DNA of 64,000 bases from Eledone cirrhosa (lineage: Eukaryota). A model generated the notes under the pieces. It was not told where the DNA came from and did not search any database. It saw only the letters and a program-made list of their open reading frames with translations. A program made the translations under genes and the position numbers. The first letter of the stretch is position 1, and each line of letters begins with the position of its first letter. Shown piece after piece: positions 26,491 to 40,885 of this stretch. Location: NCBI GenBank assembly GCA_964016885.1, contig OZ024741.1, positions 347,572,001-347,636,000 on the forward strand. Reading direction: 5' to 3'.

Positions 26491-27629
26491 AAATATAACA
26501 GTATAGTTATGGTCATTGCTGTTGTTGATTGAGGTGATATTGTTATGTTTGTATGTTTGCAGCTGCAAGAGGTTTACGAGAATTTTCTCAACTGTTCGTG
26601 TGGTGTGAGTGGTGTTGGTGGTGGGGGCAGGGAGATTAATGCTAGGGGTGAGGGTGCTGGGAGTGGTAGTGGGTAGAGTGACATTGTAGCTTATAGGAAT
26701 TGCTTCTCCGATGTTATTTCCTGTCTATTTTGAGTTTAAGGTGTAAATGGGGTGCTGGTATTCTTTTTTTCTTCCCCTTTGTTTTGTCATGGGCTCCATA
26801 CACATACATAAATATATATTCATACGTGCATACTTATACACACGTTATGTATATACACACATATATATATATACCCACACATTAGACACTGAGAAGGGAG
26901 GTAGGTAGCAATCAGTGACAGTAATCTAAAAATAGTTTGGGGATTTACTGGTGAGAATGTGTGAGAAAATGGTTGTGGTGGTGGAAGAGAGAAGGGATCT
27001 TTCAATTGTCCATTTTTCTTTCAAAATCTGAAATTTAGCCACAATCGACCAAAATGTAAAAAAAGAAAATTGTATTGGGGAAATATTTAAAAATATATAT
27101 TTTGAGCCACAGAGATGATTGTATAATAATTAGTCGGATTTTTGATTAAGCAGAACATATCTCTCGAAATAAACAGTGTGTTTTGGGATCTATGTCTGTT
27201 TCTTTTCTCCAAATAATAATATGTAAACGGCGATTGTAATGGATAAATATATAAACATATTTATGCAGTTCTTACAACTAGTGTAAGATTATTTTTAGAG
27301 ATAAGTGGTGAAATAATTTGTCGAATTTTCGTGTTAGGGAATATCAAATTAAACAAAACTTACTCCTCGAAATAAGCAACGTGTATCGTCCGATCTACGA
27401 CTGTTTCTCTTCTTCAATTAGTTATTTTTTTTAAGTTCAAAGAGCTAACGTCTGTATATCTGCATGTTTGTTTTGTGTACATTGTTCGTGTATGTGTAAT
27501 ATAATCCATAGTGTTTGTTACTTACATATATCGTTTGTATTTTTGTTTTGATTTAACATTCTGAGTAGTGGTGCGACTGATATTCAGTTTCTTTATTTAC
27601 ACATGTAGTCCGTTATTTTAATGAAGAAC

Positions 27630-30600
27630 ATTATTATTGTTCTTTGAGTCTCAGTCATTGATGTTAGTTAACTGGAAAGTTTGTTGAAATGAATATCAAG
27701 CCACTACCTCAAGCCTCAGATATTCAGGATGTATCGGAGGGTTCTTGCTGTTCCCAGAAAGCATGCCTTTTGAAGCGTTCCCAAAAGCGTGGCGGTGCCA
27801 ATTTTCTTTAACCATCCTTGGAAACTTTTTGAGATAGTACCTAGTGCGCCTTTGACAATCGGGACCACTTTGACTTCATGGCAGTTCCAAATCCTTTTTA
27901 CCTCCCACTTTAAGTCCTGGTATCGGTTAATTTTCTCCCTGTCCTTCTCATGCACTCTCGTGTCGAATGGGCAGGCCACATCCACAATCAGGCACGATCT
28001 TTTTTCCTTGTCCAAAACCACCAGGTTTCTTGTCCGTCTGTATCCTAAAATCCCACAGCACCTTCACCTGATCATTTTCTATCACCGACTCTGGCTTATG
28101 CTCATACCACTTCTCAGAATGTGGTAAATTGTTTACTTTGCATAGGTGCCAGTGGATCACCCTGCCCATCACATCATGTCTCCAGCCATTATAGGAGTCT
28201 GGGCTAGGTGTTTACACTCGGATACAATGTGAGCCACAGATCCTCCACAGTGGGTTAGCCTCCTCTTTGTAAATATGGTGTTTCAACCACTTCGTTTTGA
28301 GGGCCTGCTCTTGCGCAGTCATTAGCATTCCTTCTGTAGCCTTTTTAAGGTCTCCTCTTTTCAACCAGTTCCATGTCTGTGGATCTCTGAATTCAGTTTT
28401 CTCAAAGAAGGTACTATGAATGGATTTTTCATGAAGGCTGCTCTTTCTCCTTGTTGTTATTTCCTCCTTGGACATCCCCTGGTCTAGTGTCCTCTCATTC
28501 AGTACAATTCTGAGCATTGGCTCCTTACTATCAGTCACGTATTTGTGTAGATTGTTTTTCTCCTCCTGAAAACAGTCCTCTATGCTGATAAGACCTTTTC
28601 CATCTTCATATCTCCTTAAGTAGAGTCTATCGACATCACTCCTCTTGTGGAAATGTTGTAGATAGTCAATAGCTTCCTAGTCTTCCTATCCATTTCTTTT
28701 TGTTCAGCAACATTCCATCTCAGAAATCCCGCACTGTACCTAATAATAGACACAACTCGGGAATTTACTGCACTTATGGCATTCCTACTGTTTAGATGTG
28801 ACTTTAATACGCTCCCTACTCTCCGAATGTATTCACATCTTATCAATTCCTTCATTTTTTTGTTCTTGATGTCATCAGCCTCCAGAACAACCAAATACTT
28901 GTATCCTTCTTCAGTGCCAATTTCCTTTATTATCTCACCCGTTGGTACCTGGATTCCGTTGCTTCTGTTCATTCTACCCCTCTTCATCAAAATGACTCCA
29001 CACTTACTAATACCAAATTGCATACATATATCATTGCTGAAAATACGGACAGTGTCAACAAGCACATCCAACTCTTTCTCACTCATCCCGAAGAGCTTAA
29101 GATCGTCCATGAAGAGGAGGTGTTTGATGGTAAACTCACCCTTTCCCAACTTGTATCCTGCCCTCACTTTTTGCAGTATAATGGTCAGGGGCACCAGGGC
29201 AAGGACAAACAACAGAGGAGACAGACTATCTCCCTGGAAGATATCTCTCTTGATCTTCACGCCTCCCAAGGATTCTCCAGCTGATGTTAACTCTGTTTTC
29301 CAGGACTTCATACTTTTTCCCAACAACTGTCTGATGTTATCTGCCACCTTGAAGATCTCTAGGCTTTTGGTGATCCAAGAATGAGGCACCATGTCAAATG
29401 CCTTTTTGTAGTCTATCCATCCCATGGCAAGACCAGTGTGTCTCCTCTTGCAATTCCTCATTACCATCTTATTAATAAGTAACTGGTCCTTTGTACCACG
29501 GGACTTCTTTCGGCATCCTTTCTGTTCATCCGAACAAGTTGTTTGTGTGGAGGTGTTGGTAGATTTCCTCAGACACAATGCCTGTCAACAGTCTCCACAT
29601 TACGGACAGACATGTGATAGGTCTATATTTCGTATCATCATTACGCTTGATTCGGTCTTTCATTACCAGAACTGTGGTACCTTTTGTCAACCACTCTGGT
29701 ACCTCACCTGACATCAAGATGTCATTGAACATGGTTGTCAGTTTCGGGTGGAGGGATGTTATATTTTTAATCCCATACCCCTGCACACCATCTGGGCCTG
29801 GTGATTTCCAGTTGGTTAGTTTTTTGGCCTGACCCTTAAGAGTTTCAACTGTGATACTCAAATCAGTTTGTTGGTGTGCCTGTTCACTAATCTCCTTTTG
29901 TACTGTCTCAATCCACACTGCCTGGTCATTATGTTTAACATCCTGCTCCCATATTCCTCTCCAGAATGTCTTAGTTTGTTCCGCCTCAGGGATCAAGACG
30001 TTGCCTCTTTCTTTCCCTTCAAGCTGTCCAAACAACATCTTCTGGTTGTTGTCAAACATGTTGTTCTGTCTATACTGACTGACTCTGATCTCGTATTGCC
30101 TAATTTTGGCACTCTTTGCTACAAGGCGTTGCTTCAGTTCCTCTATGATAATATTTAGCTTTTTCCTCCTAGTTTTGTACTGTATTTCCAGTCTATTTTT
30201 AGTGTCTATGTTTTTTTAGTGTTCCATTCAGTAGGGTCTCAAGCTTCCCAATGTCATTTCTCATTTCCCTGATTTTACCATTCAGTCGTTTCTTCCACCA
30301 AGGTTCTTATCTTTCTTGTTTGTTGTTTCCTCTCTATTTTATGCCAAATAATTTCCTCATCGCATTTGCTGTTCCTTTGAGGATATTGTTGCACTGGTGA
30401 AGGCTCCTCGCCTCACGGTATGGGATGACTTTGTTTACCTTAGCTGTTGTTTCTTTTAACCTTTTCCTGTCTACAAATCTTAGGTTCATAGGTTTCAACT
30501 ATCATTGTTCATTTCATCTACCACTAAGTTTAGGATATCAACCAAATCTTGTCCTAGCCCGTCAGCATTCATCTCCTCAATGGCCGTATCTTTGTTCCAG

Positions 30601-31170
30601 GTATTATTTATTTCAGCATTCAGATCACCGTCTGCTTCGGATGGTTCCTCCGTTCTCTCAACCTCTTCACCTTCACTTCCCACTGGCTCGTTTGCCTGGC
30701 ATACTCCACTCTCCATTTCTAACCTAATCTCTCTGCTCAGTTCCTCAAGTTCCAGCTCGCTTATTCACCCATTAGTTCTTATTACCCGAGCCTCCCTGGC
30801 CAATTTTTGTTCATCTAATTTAAATAGACCAATCTCGTTCCAGATGTTATGCATCCGTTTCCTATAGCCTTTGGGGTTACTCTTCAGGTAACATTGCATA
30901 ACAGTTCTATTCAATTCTTTCGTTCAATTCTTTCGTCCAGTTGGTTCTGGTCCCTTTCCTTCTTCTTCTTCCTCCGACTCCAGCAGTATTTGGTTGACAG
31001 CCAGGTCCCTGCTGCTGAACCAGGGAGCACCTGCTGGGTGAGAGTCTGTTACATGACACTCCAGTCTCCACTTCACCGTTATTCGAACTGTTTAGGTTCG
31101 ACATTTAAACACTCTTATCAAGGATTGGTGAATGTATGGTTACATAACCACCGGTGATTTTAGTGTGGCA
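27630..31170 (-). mobile_element. Second R4/Dong-like non-LTR retrotransposon (different family), degenerate
   Basis: RTNWTKELN; KSPGPDGV; [15 protein letters not shown]; [11 protein letters not shown]; LFMDDLKL; LIVDVACPFD...RYQDLKWEV. 3' end caataataat. Confidence 0.9.
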
Positions 31171-31619
31171 CTATCACGCTGTAGACGAACATAAATAAAC
31201 ACACAAACAAATTGGTACCCCCCCCCCCCCCCTCCCCACAAAAAAGAATATGCATAAGTTTCATTGTAATGTAATGTTTGAATGTCTGACTAAGTTTTTG
31301 GTGGCGGTGGTGGTGTTGGTGGTGAAATTATTTGCCTATCTGTCCACTTAGCCATTTTGCCATTTTTCTATTTTTCGACTATAACATTTCTGATCCAGAA
31401 TTAAATATTAAATATTGGCGCCCTATGCCGTAATGTGATACAATGTGGCTTGCTGAGCGTAAGAAACTGTAATCTTATACTTCATTTGTAACAAGAATTA
31501 TTCCCTCACAGTTGTTTTAAATAAGTAAAAATCAAAACCTTACGAGGGCGAATCCATAACGATATATCCACCATGTGCGTTTTATTAGTCTTATTAATAT
31601 TATGATTATTATTATCATT

Positions 31620-34600
31620 ATTGGCGACCTACGTAGTAAATCGTATTATCGGGAGCTCCGCAAAGGTTTTTATTTTCAGTTGTTTAAAATTGCCATTATT
31701 GGAAAATTTTGATTGTTAACTGTATATAAGTGCACATACCTAATAAAATGGAGCATCGGCGCCTATGTACCGTGTCTTATCGGACGATTAACATAAAATC
31801 GCGCCGAGTGGAACGGGCATCCGAGTCCCAAATCCAAAAAAATTTGGGAAAAATGTGGGCAAAAAAACACCCACATCAGAAGTGGGCAGAAATATGGAAC
31901 TGTGGACAAAGAGCACTCTTTGAAACACCACAGGAGGCCAGAGAACACTCCATGGCCCCATTAAGAAGTGACGACTTCACACTCGTCCCAAGCTATTGTG
32001 ACCCACGTTCCATCGGCCATCGAAATTCCCCGGCATCGAAGCCAACACTTAGATAATCGAAATAGCGAAAGAAAAGCAGGAGAACTGGTCCGGATCTGGG
32101 ATGGAGCTCCTGATCCAAGCGGATCAAAAAAGCATTGAGGAGATCCCAGAGGTAATAGACCTCACTGACGGTAGCCATCTCACCGTAATCGTGGAGGGCA
32201 GAAGGCCTAGGTGTGTTGTTTGAGGTGAAGGAACCCACCTAAGGGCTTTCTGCCCTCAGGCTAAAAGGTTGAGGCCTCCTCTCTTACCCACCCCAGTGGC
32301 TCAACCATCAAAACTACCAGCAGCAGAGATGGAAGCAACAACTGTAGCAGCAACAACAGAAGCAACTGTAGCAAAACTAATACCACTACCACCCAACGCG
32401 CCAGAACTAGCACCAGCGCCTGCACCATCCACTACGCCACAATCAAAACCAACGCCTGTGGGGGATTTTCCACTCCCCGGCTTATCGCAACTGGAGACAG
32501 ATTGTGACGAGGAGGAGTGGGAAACGGTATCAGCAAAAAATAAAAAAATAAACCAAAAAGAAAAAGATTCTCTTCCCAAACAAAAACAAAACACAGAGGG
32601 AAACAAATAAACTATCAAACAAACAAGTTAGGAGAGATATGATACCCTCCACACAAGCATCACCAACCCAATCACCACAAACACCAACACCATCACCATC
32701 ATTAACCCCAAAACCACCATCACCTACACCAAAGTCACCAAAAAGCGAAATAGAAACAAACCCACAACAAAGCAAACAAAACAAAACAACCAAAACGATA
32801 CACACTTCACAGCATTAAATTTGAATAACAACCAATTATTACACAACATCCAACGCAACACCAGCATCACAGAAACAGACTACACAATAACCCAAAAGTT
32901 CACACCACCTCCACACATACAAATCACTCGCATCACACAGAAAATGTACACGACACTAAAGCAAACATTCCCCAAAGACATCGGAGACTTCCGACAAGCA
33001 CTCTGCAGGAGCATTTATAAGGACATCCTTCCGGAGGAGGCCACAAGCAGTGAAACGGATGGACAAACCTTCCTTCCTCTACAATAAGTAAGGTAAGAGG
33101 TCTTTCCCATCTTTTCCATTACATTTCAACATGACCTCACTCAGAATAGGCAGGATAAATGCTCGTGGCTTGGGGTCGTCATGGAAGCAGGGGCACCTGC
33201 TCAACGACCTCAGGTCACTAAACATAGATGTAGTGGCCATCAGCGAGACCAGAATCTCCGAAGCAAGGGCCTTCGCACCGATATTCGGCTGCTACGATAT
33301 GTACGCATCTCCCAGCCGTCCTGGATCGGGGGGAAGTGTTGCTGTGCTTTTTCGGAGAGGTTTGGATCTCGCCATACGGGCCATCTTCCTGGACCCAGAA
33401 GGTAAGTTGGTGGTGCTGCACGTGACCAGCGGAGACGGGCAAGCTTTCAGGCTAGTGGCCGTCTATGCCCCCACAGGAGCAGGGCGGCCTGATTTATTCC
33501 GGCGTTTGGAGACCTTTCTTGGAACGTCCCGTTCTTTAGTGTTAGTGGGCGACTGGAACGGGATCTTAGAGGCACGTTGGGACTGTGTGGGATTAGCGGA
33601 GAGGGGAGGAGGGTGCAAGGGACTCACCAACCTCCTCAGGCGTTTTGAACTGTCTGACAGCTACCGATTGGATTTCCCGAATGTGCCAATGTGGACTTGG
33701 CCAAATCGCAATATGCTCAGCCAGATCATATCTAGATAGAGTATTTTGTAGGGAAATAGATAGGTCTAGCATAGGCTGTCCACAATTCAAGATAGTCAGC
33801 TACAAATTCGTGATCTGTGTGCTTGACTTAGATAGGCTTCATAGACGAGGACCCAGCTACTGGAAGCTAAACGCGTCCTTACCAGCGCGCAAGGCCTACA
33901 GAGACCGGATTAGCGAACTAGTTAAGCGCGTGTTGACGGGGGCCATCGTCAACAACAAGTGGTTTACTCTGAAAAGAGCAATTAGAATAGAGCCCATTAG
34001 GTTTAGTAAGGCTTTAGCAATAGAGAAAAATAGAGCAGAGGGAGAATTAGACAGGAAATTAGACGAGGCGCTTAGCAAAGGCATCGCGACAGACGTACTT
34101 GCGGCGAAATTGGCCCTTGACCAATTCTTTAATGCAAACACGAAGGCTGCGTTGTCAGATCTAGGGTGCGTGCTCTCAGACACGAGGGGACGAAAGCCGT
34201 TCAATGGGACCGAGTGGCGGAGGCGCGTCGTGGCAACAAAGCCACGATCCGGTCTTTGGTCGACCACGACGGGCGCATGCTACTCGATACCGGGCAAATG
34301 TGTGAAGCTTTTCAGCAACACTTCACACAGCTGTTCGGGGGCAGCGGCGGGCCGGATCGATGGATGGACTTTAGTGTCTGCCTCGACGGATTGCCGCGGC
34401 TCTCGGCCACTGGGGCAGAGTGTTGCGAAAAGCCGATAACAGCCGCGAAGTACGGGAGGCAATGACTGGTTGCACAAGTGGTAAATCGCCTGATTTGGAT
34501 GGTCTGACCTATGAACTTTACGTACAGATGCCAGACTTCTTCGGAGGCCCCTGTGCGGACGTCTACTGCAACGGGCAACAGAACGGGAGAATTCCCACTT

Positions 34601-36769
34601 CTGTGAGCCGTGGAGATGTGGCGCTGCTGAGAAATGATCTGAACAAGGGGGATAACATAGATAATTTCAGGCCCATAACTCTGCTAAACACAGAGTTCAA
34701 GATTTTAGCCAAGGTGCTAGCAAAGAGGTTGGCGCTTGTCGTTGGTGGTCTGGTGGGAGAGGCGCCATTCCCGACATATCCATCTACGACAACCCCACCT
34801 CATGCGATACTTTGTAGAGAGGGTAGCTACGGAACCTGGCACGGGTGGGTCCTTGATCAATTTAGATCAGTCGAAATCTTTCGATAGCGTCGACCATCGT
34901 TACCTAGCGACAGTTCTGAGGGCGGATGGATTTGAGCCCGTCTTCAGAGGCTGGATCGCTGCCATGCACATTGTCATCTGCTCTGTGGTGAGAGTGAACG
35001 GTCACCTTTCGGAACCGTTCAACATCATGCGCTTGGTCCGCCAAGGATGTCTCCTCTCGTCCCTCTTGTATGTTTTGACTCTCGAGCCATTACTGCACAT
35101 ACTGGAAACGTTGAGGAGGGTCCCGCGCGAACTAGGATGCGGAAGGTCCGTGTCAGCATATGCGGACGATGTCACCGTAGTGGTGTCGAATGCCAAACAC
35201 ATCGAGGCGATCGGCACTACACTAAGAGAATACGAAGCGGTGACAGGAGCAATGATCAACCAGGAAAAGTCAGTGGGCCTGCAACTCGGCACCTGGAGAG
35301 GCAGGTCCATGCCGTCCAACAGCGTCGTCAGGCGCTGGACGGACGGACCTGTTAAATTGCTAGGGGTCTGGTTCGGTCCGGACCTCCAGACGGACAAAAA
35401 CTGGGACGAGGTGAAGAGCAGGGTGGCTTCTCTCACCCAGAAATGGGCGGAGAGGAAGCTATCCCTGAAAGGTCGTGCAGAGGTGGCTAACGCGTACATC
35501 GCGGCCGTCATCTACTACCGCCAGACCGTGGTACCTTGTCCTAAGCCCCGCCTGACTGCGCTGGAGCGTTTGCTGTTTCGCTTTTTGTGGAAGGGACGCG
35601 CTCCGATGGTCAGGTGGCCCATCTGCTGTCAACACCCGCTACGTGGAGGGCTGGACGTGCCATGGCTGATGATGCGCAAACACGCGCTCAGGCTACGACA
35701 TCTCCACCTCTTCCTCGACGGTAATCAGGTGTGGTCGCCGTTTGCTAGACACGTCTTTACCCAGCTCGTCTCCTTGACGGAGCTGCAGTCCTGGGTCAAG
35801 CGAAGAACGAGAGGGAGTGCTTGGAGACTGGAATGTCTTCAGGCGCTCACAGGCCTCGACCAATCGGGCAATGTGATCGGTGGAAACTCCACCTTGGCGT
35901 TATATAGAGGATTAGTGGAGGGGAAGGGCGACGACGTAGTTGGAGAAACTCTAGGCGTCGACGAAAATCAACTAGCCAATCTCTTCGGAAGGACTTTCAG
36001 GCCCTGGCCTATGGACAACTTCCAGAAATCCCTGGCCTGGCAGTGCTAACGAGGTGCTTTGCTAGTTCGGGACAAACTCTACAGACATGGAGGTGCCGTC
36101 AGCTGGGCATGTCCGAGATGCGCACTGGGCGACGAAACCGTCCTGCACGCACTCATCCAGTGTCCGGGCATTGCTGACTTGTAGGTTTATGTTGAACACC
36201 TGCGGTCACGTGTAGGGCGTATCCAGCTATCAGCTGAGTCCATCGTGAGGATTGCCCCGCCCTCTTCCTTTAGCCGGGAAGGGCAGGCAGTTTTTATCTG
36301 TCTGGTGGCCATGGAGAAACTGATAGTATGGCTGACACGTTTGAAAGGGCTGAAGACGAGCACTTACCTCTTCGGTGATGCCCTGATTAACTTTTTAAAA
36401 TGTTATTTGAAAAGGAAAACCAGGGTAGAGTGGAAAGTGCTCTCTTCCCAGCATTTTGTTGAAAGATGGGTGAGAGAAGCAAGTATGGCTCGAGTGAATG
36501 GGCCTACTCTGAGTATGTGTCTGTAAATTAAAGGTGGAAAACTGGGAGAGGGCACTTGCCCTGGTGGTCAGGGCCACTGTGGCCTTTTAATGGGTTTTCT
36601 TCACAAATGTCCCTCCGAAGTCTCCCCCCTATTGGGGAATTTTTCATTGTTAATTTTTATTACATCCTCTGTTTTTTACACGCAGAAATGCCCCTTTGTA
36701 CCGACCTGTATTGTCCTGTACTGTCCTTAATGTCTACTTTATGTAAACTATTGTGGTTAATACAGAATG

Positions 36770-36806
<37 letters not shown>

Positions 36807-36820
36807 TTTTATTATTATTG
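31620..36820 (+). mobile_element. Tx1/L1-like LINE, near full length, degenerate
   Basis: ORF1 remnants at 31730-33087, APE-RT ORF2 at 33131-36526, and an (ATT)n tail at 36771-36818. Confidence 0.9.
33131..36526 (+). pseudogene. ORF2: APE endonuclease, reverse transcriptase and C-terminal Zn-knuckle (frameshifted)
   Basis: INARGL, VAISET, VYAP, VGDWN, SPDLDGL, NFRPITLLNTEFKILAK, LDQSKSFDSV, RQGCLLS, AYADD, CPRC...ETVLH...C. Confidence 0.9.
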
Positions 36821-39800
36821 GTCGGATCGGACGTCTTTTTGCTCGTTCCCGTAAGTCTCTTTAATTACCTGTCATAAATAATTTATTCTACATTTTTGTT
36901 TGTCCTGTGAAGGAGAAAGCATAATATTTGGGCCTTTTGTCCAATATATTTGAACTTTTTACATTTAAAAATTATCGAAAAAAACATGGATAAGCAACGC
37001 CCTCCAGCGATATGTATGCTGTCGTGTGACAACGGCGTAAAATTTGAGAGGAATGACATGGCGAATACAGAAATTGATACAACAAACACCACCACAAACA
37101 ACGTGAACAAAGGCAACAATGGCAACAACACTGAGAACACTAATTTTGAAAAATAAATAACCACACCAACCACAACAGTAACCGCGACAAACAAAATACA
37201 GACAACAGAAAAAAATTACAACAAATGCAACAACGACATTAACACCACTAACAAGAAAATAAATAGCGACAACACCGACAGCAACAATACAAATTTCTCC
37301 GAAAACAACAACAACGGTGGAACCATAAACACAACCAACTGCAACAGTGATAACAGCAACAACACCAACAATACCGTTTGTAGCAGTAGCAACAGCAACA
37401 GCACCAACAACAAGAACAGTAGCAGTAGTAGCGGCGGCAACAATGATGCCACTGAAAAAGTGACCATTTCTTTTGCAAAGGTAGCTCGCAACGTAGAAAC
37501 AGTCCTGGTCACAGAGGGGAGATGGCGGTCGCAAGACACATGAAACCAGCACTGAATTTTCAGTGTCCTTGAAACAACCAACCGACTTCCTGGAGGTACA
37601 AGAGCGACGCACAGTGTCATACCGCACGATTGCCACGAAATCGCGTCGTGTTCAGAGAGCCTTGGAGGCTCATATTCAGAAGGTCTTAGGAACTGTGTGG
37701 GCATGGAAAACCCACATCACCCGGGACAAGAAGTATGCTACCGTGGGCGCCCTTTTTTGCTACCACCCAAGAAGCAAAATCACACTCACTGAGGACCCTA
37801 AGATGTTATGACATAACATTAATCCTGTTTTACTGCGGAAAATAAATTGCAAAAGTCAGGGTAACCCAGGTCCCGCCCAATATACCTGTGCCTGGTCGTG
37901 TTTGTTCTTGCGGGCATCGAGGAGAGAATAACCATTCTGCAAGTCCAGAAGTTGGTGAGAGTGGATTGGTCTATATTGTAATGGAGATGCTCATCCAAAC
38001 CGACCAGGACTGGAATCAGCGCTATACCCCAGGTAACAGACCTCGGAAATGGCTCCCATCTTCCCATATCTCTTGAAGGAAGAGGCCCAACGACAACCTC
38101 CATCTCATGCCATATATCATAGAGAGGGTGGTTAAGGAACCTGACACGGGTGGGGCCCTGATCACCTTGGATCTATCCAAAGCCTTTCATAGGGTCGACC
38201 ATTAGTACCTGGCTGCGGCCCTCGAGGCAGTCGGCTTCGGGCCCGTTTTTAGGGGCTGGAACGCTGCGATGCACAGCGACATCTGCTCGATTGTGAGGGT
38301 GAATGGTCACCTGTCGCAGCCGTTCAGCATCATGCGCTAGGTCCGCCAGAGTTGTCCCCTCACTTCCCTCTTGTACGTACTGTCCTTCGAGCCGTTACTG
38401 CACAAATTGGAGACAATGAAGGGGTCCCACGCAAAATAGGATGTGGGAGATCCGTGTCAGCTGACGCCGACGACGGCACCGTCGTGGTGTCGAGCACCAA
38501 ACACGTCCTGATGCTCGGCACCGCTCTCATACGAAGAGGTGACAGGAGTAAAGATAAACCAGGAAAAGTCGGTGGGCTTGCAACTCGGCATCTGGAGAGG
38601 CCAGTCCATGCCGTCCGACAGCGGCGTGGGGCACTGGACGAAAGGACCGGTAAATTACTCGGGGTCTGGTTCGCTCCGGACATCCAGACGGAGAAAAATT
38701 GGAGCGAGGTAACGAAGAGGCTGATCTCTCTCCCCCAGAAATTGGCCGAGGGGTGGCTGTCTCTGTAAGGTCGGGTGGAGCTGGCGAATGCGTACATAAC
38801 ATCCGTCATCTGTTACCTCCTGAGCGTCGTACCTTACCCCCGCCCAACTCTGTTCAAAATGGAGTCCCTTCTACTCCGCTTTTTGTGGAAGAGACATGCT
38901 CCCATGGTCAGTCGATCCATCTACTCTCAGCACCCGTTTCGTGGAGGATGGGCATGCCGTGGCTGATGATGCGCAAACATGCGCTGAGGCTGCAACATCT
39001 TTGGTGCGTCCTTGACGGTGAACAGGTGTGATCGCCGTTTGCCAGACACGCTTTTCCCCAGCTCATTTCGTTGGCGGAGCTACAGTCATGGATCAGGAAA
39101 GGACCGAGGTATAGCGCTTGGAATCTGGAATCTCTCCAAGCGCTCACCACCCACTACCAGCTTGGCACTGATATCGGTGGAACATCTACCTCGGCGTTCT
39201 ATAAAGTGCTAGTGGAGGGGAAGAGCGATGACATTCTCGGGGAGAACCTGGGCGTCGAAGACGATCTGCTGTTTGATCTCTTCAAGAGAACTTTCAGCCC
39301 GGGGCCTATGGACAATTTCCAGAAATCCTTCGCCTGGCAGTGCTACCGGGGAGCGTTGCCGGTTCTGGATAAGCTCTACAGGCATTGAGTGCTGTCAGCC
39401 GAGTCAGTCCGATGTGCGCGCAGGGCGACGAAACCGTCCTGAACGCACTCGTTCAGGGCCCGAGGATTGCTGACTGGTGGAGCTATGTCTAACAGTTGCT
39501 GTCGCATGTAGGACGGATCCGGTTATCGACTGAATCCATTGTGCAGATAGCACCACCATCCTCCTTCATAGAGTAGGAAGGGCAGTTTTCATCTGCCTTG
39601 TGGCCATGGCGAAATATATTGTGTGGTAGACAAGGTTGAATGGGTTGAAGGCGGACACTTTCCTCTTCGGCCAATCCCTGATTAACTTTGTCTAGTTTCA
39701 CTTGAAGAAGAAAATCAGGGTGGAGAGGCAAGTGCTATCTTCTAGTAAGTTTGTTGAAAGGTGGGTGAAAGTGGCGATTCTGGTCCGAGTGAACGGGCCC

Positions 39801-39965
39801 GCTCTGGGTATCCGCCTGGAGACTGAGGAATTTGAAAACTGAGAGAGGGCCCTTTCCCGGGTGGTAAGGGTGGCCGTGTTATTTTGTGTGGTTTCCGCCA
39901 CGAGTGACCCTCGGAGGTTTTCCTTTTTTGGGGGAATTTTTGTTGTTTGAATTTTTTTTATTTGT
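36820..39965 (+). mobile_element. Second Tx1/L1-like LINE, internally deleted
   Basis: 5' UTR and N/T-rich ORF1 start are homologous to 63250-64000(-). The sequence jumps at about 38090 from ORF1 into mid-RT (gacaacctccatctcatg), and the rest parallels 34790-36660. Confidence 0.85.
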
Positions 39966-39983
39966 TTTTACACATTTCTATCC

Positions 39984-40092
39984 CACCGAGGTTAACTTTG
40001 CCTTTCAAGCTTACGGGGTCGATAAAATAAAGTACCAGTAATGCACTGGGTATTTGCTGGCCGTGTGCCAAACGTAGAAACAATTATTATCA
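39984..40092 (+). mobile_element. SINE 3' part
   Basis: ccgaggttaactttgcctttca...ggggtcgataaaataaagtaccagt...gaaacaattatt matches 46760-46862. Confidence 0.85.
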
Positions 40093-40094
40093 CT

Positions 40095-40885
40095 ATTGGC
40101 TGTTGGAGTCTGAAGACTTCTTATTGTGAGTTTCACAAGGTAACTGAATTTTCAAATCTTTTTGTGCATTAAATCGTTATATTATTTTTCAAAAAGGGTT
40201 CAATCCTGGCTGGATACTGGCAATTGGGATCTTTAATCTCCTTCTGCTCATGTGGGATGGGTAGTTGACTATGCGGCCCATATTACAGGGGCCACCGTCT
40301 GTTTAATAGCAAGCGCTTCCTGTTTTGAACAGCACGGAGATGGTGCCGAACTCTCTGGGCCTTGCTTTGATATCATTGATGCATTTGAGTGCAGCTTCGA
40401 TTTCCGATTGTGTGGCAAGTTCCGCTTTGTGGGACTGCACTGAAATACACCTCTAATGCAAATTCTTCCTTTGCGTTGCTGCTATTGCTTCGTCCGGGAT
40501 GGTTAGATTTGCACTGGATCGTTCTCGCTTAATCAGTTTCCACGCCTGGTCCAACTGTTGCCCATTGTCCGAAATCTCCTCTTGAAAAAATGTTTTCGTT
40601 TTCGCAACCACAGCTGCAAATGAATTGTTGTTCATATAGTCATTGATGCTGCTGCTATTGGTGATTTTTGGCCTATCACCTTCCTTTTTCTCTTCGTTGT
40701 TGGTTTTGTTGTTGTCGTTGTTGTAGTTGGTGTTGCTCTTTGTGCAATTGTTGTTGTTGTTCTCGTTGCTGGTGTTCGTGTTGTTTTTAATTCCCTTGTC
40801 GCTCTTGGGGTTTTGTTAGACTTGATATCCTCACTTGTTTCGTTGTTCATGTTGTTGGTGGTGGTGTTGCTAATTTTGCAACAAC
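40095..40885 (-). mobile_element. Tx1/L1-like ORF1 fragment
   Basis: QAWKLIKRERSSANLTIPDEAI is homologous to QAWKLIKQEETWANLTVPVDAI at 63248-63592. Confidence 0.8.

Noticed and set aside
28776-29384. Long antisense ORFs over LINE RT regions (also 35002-35511 and 62338-63081)
   Set aside because: These are shadow frames of the retrotransposon ORFs.
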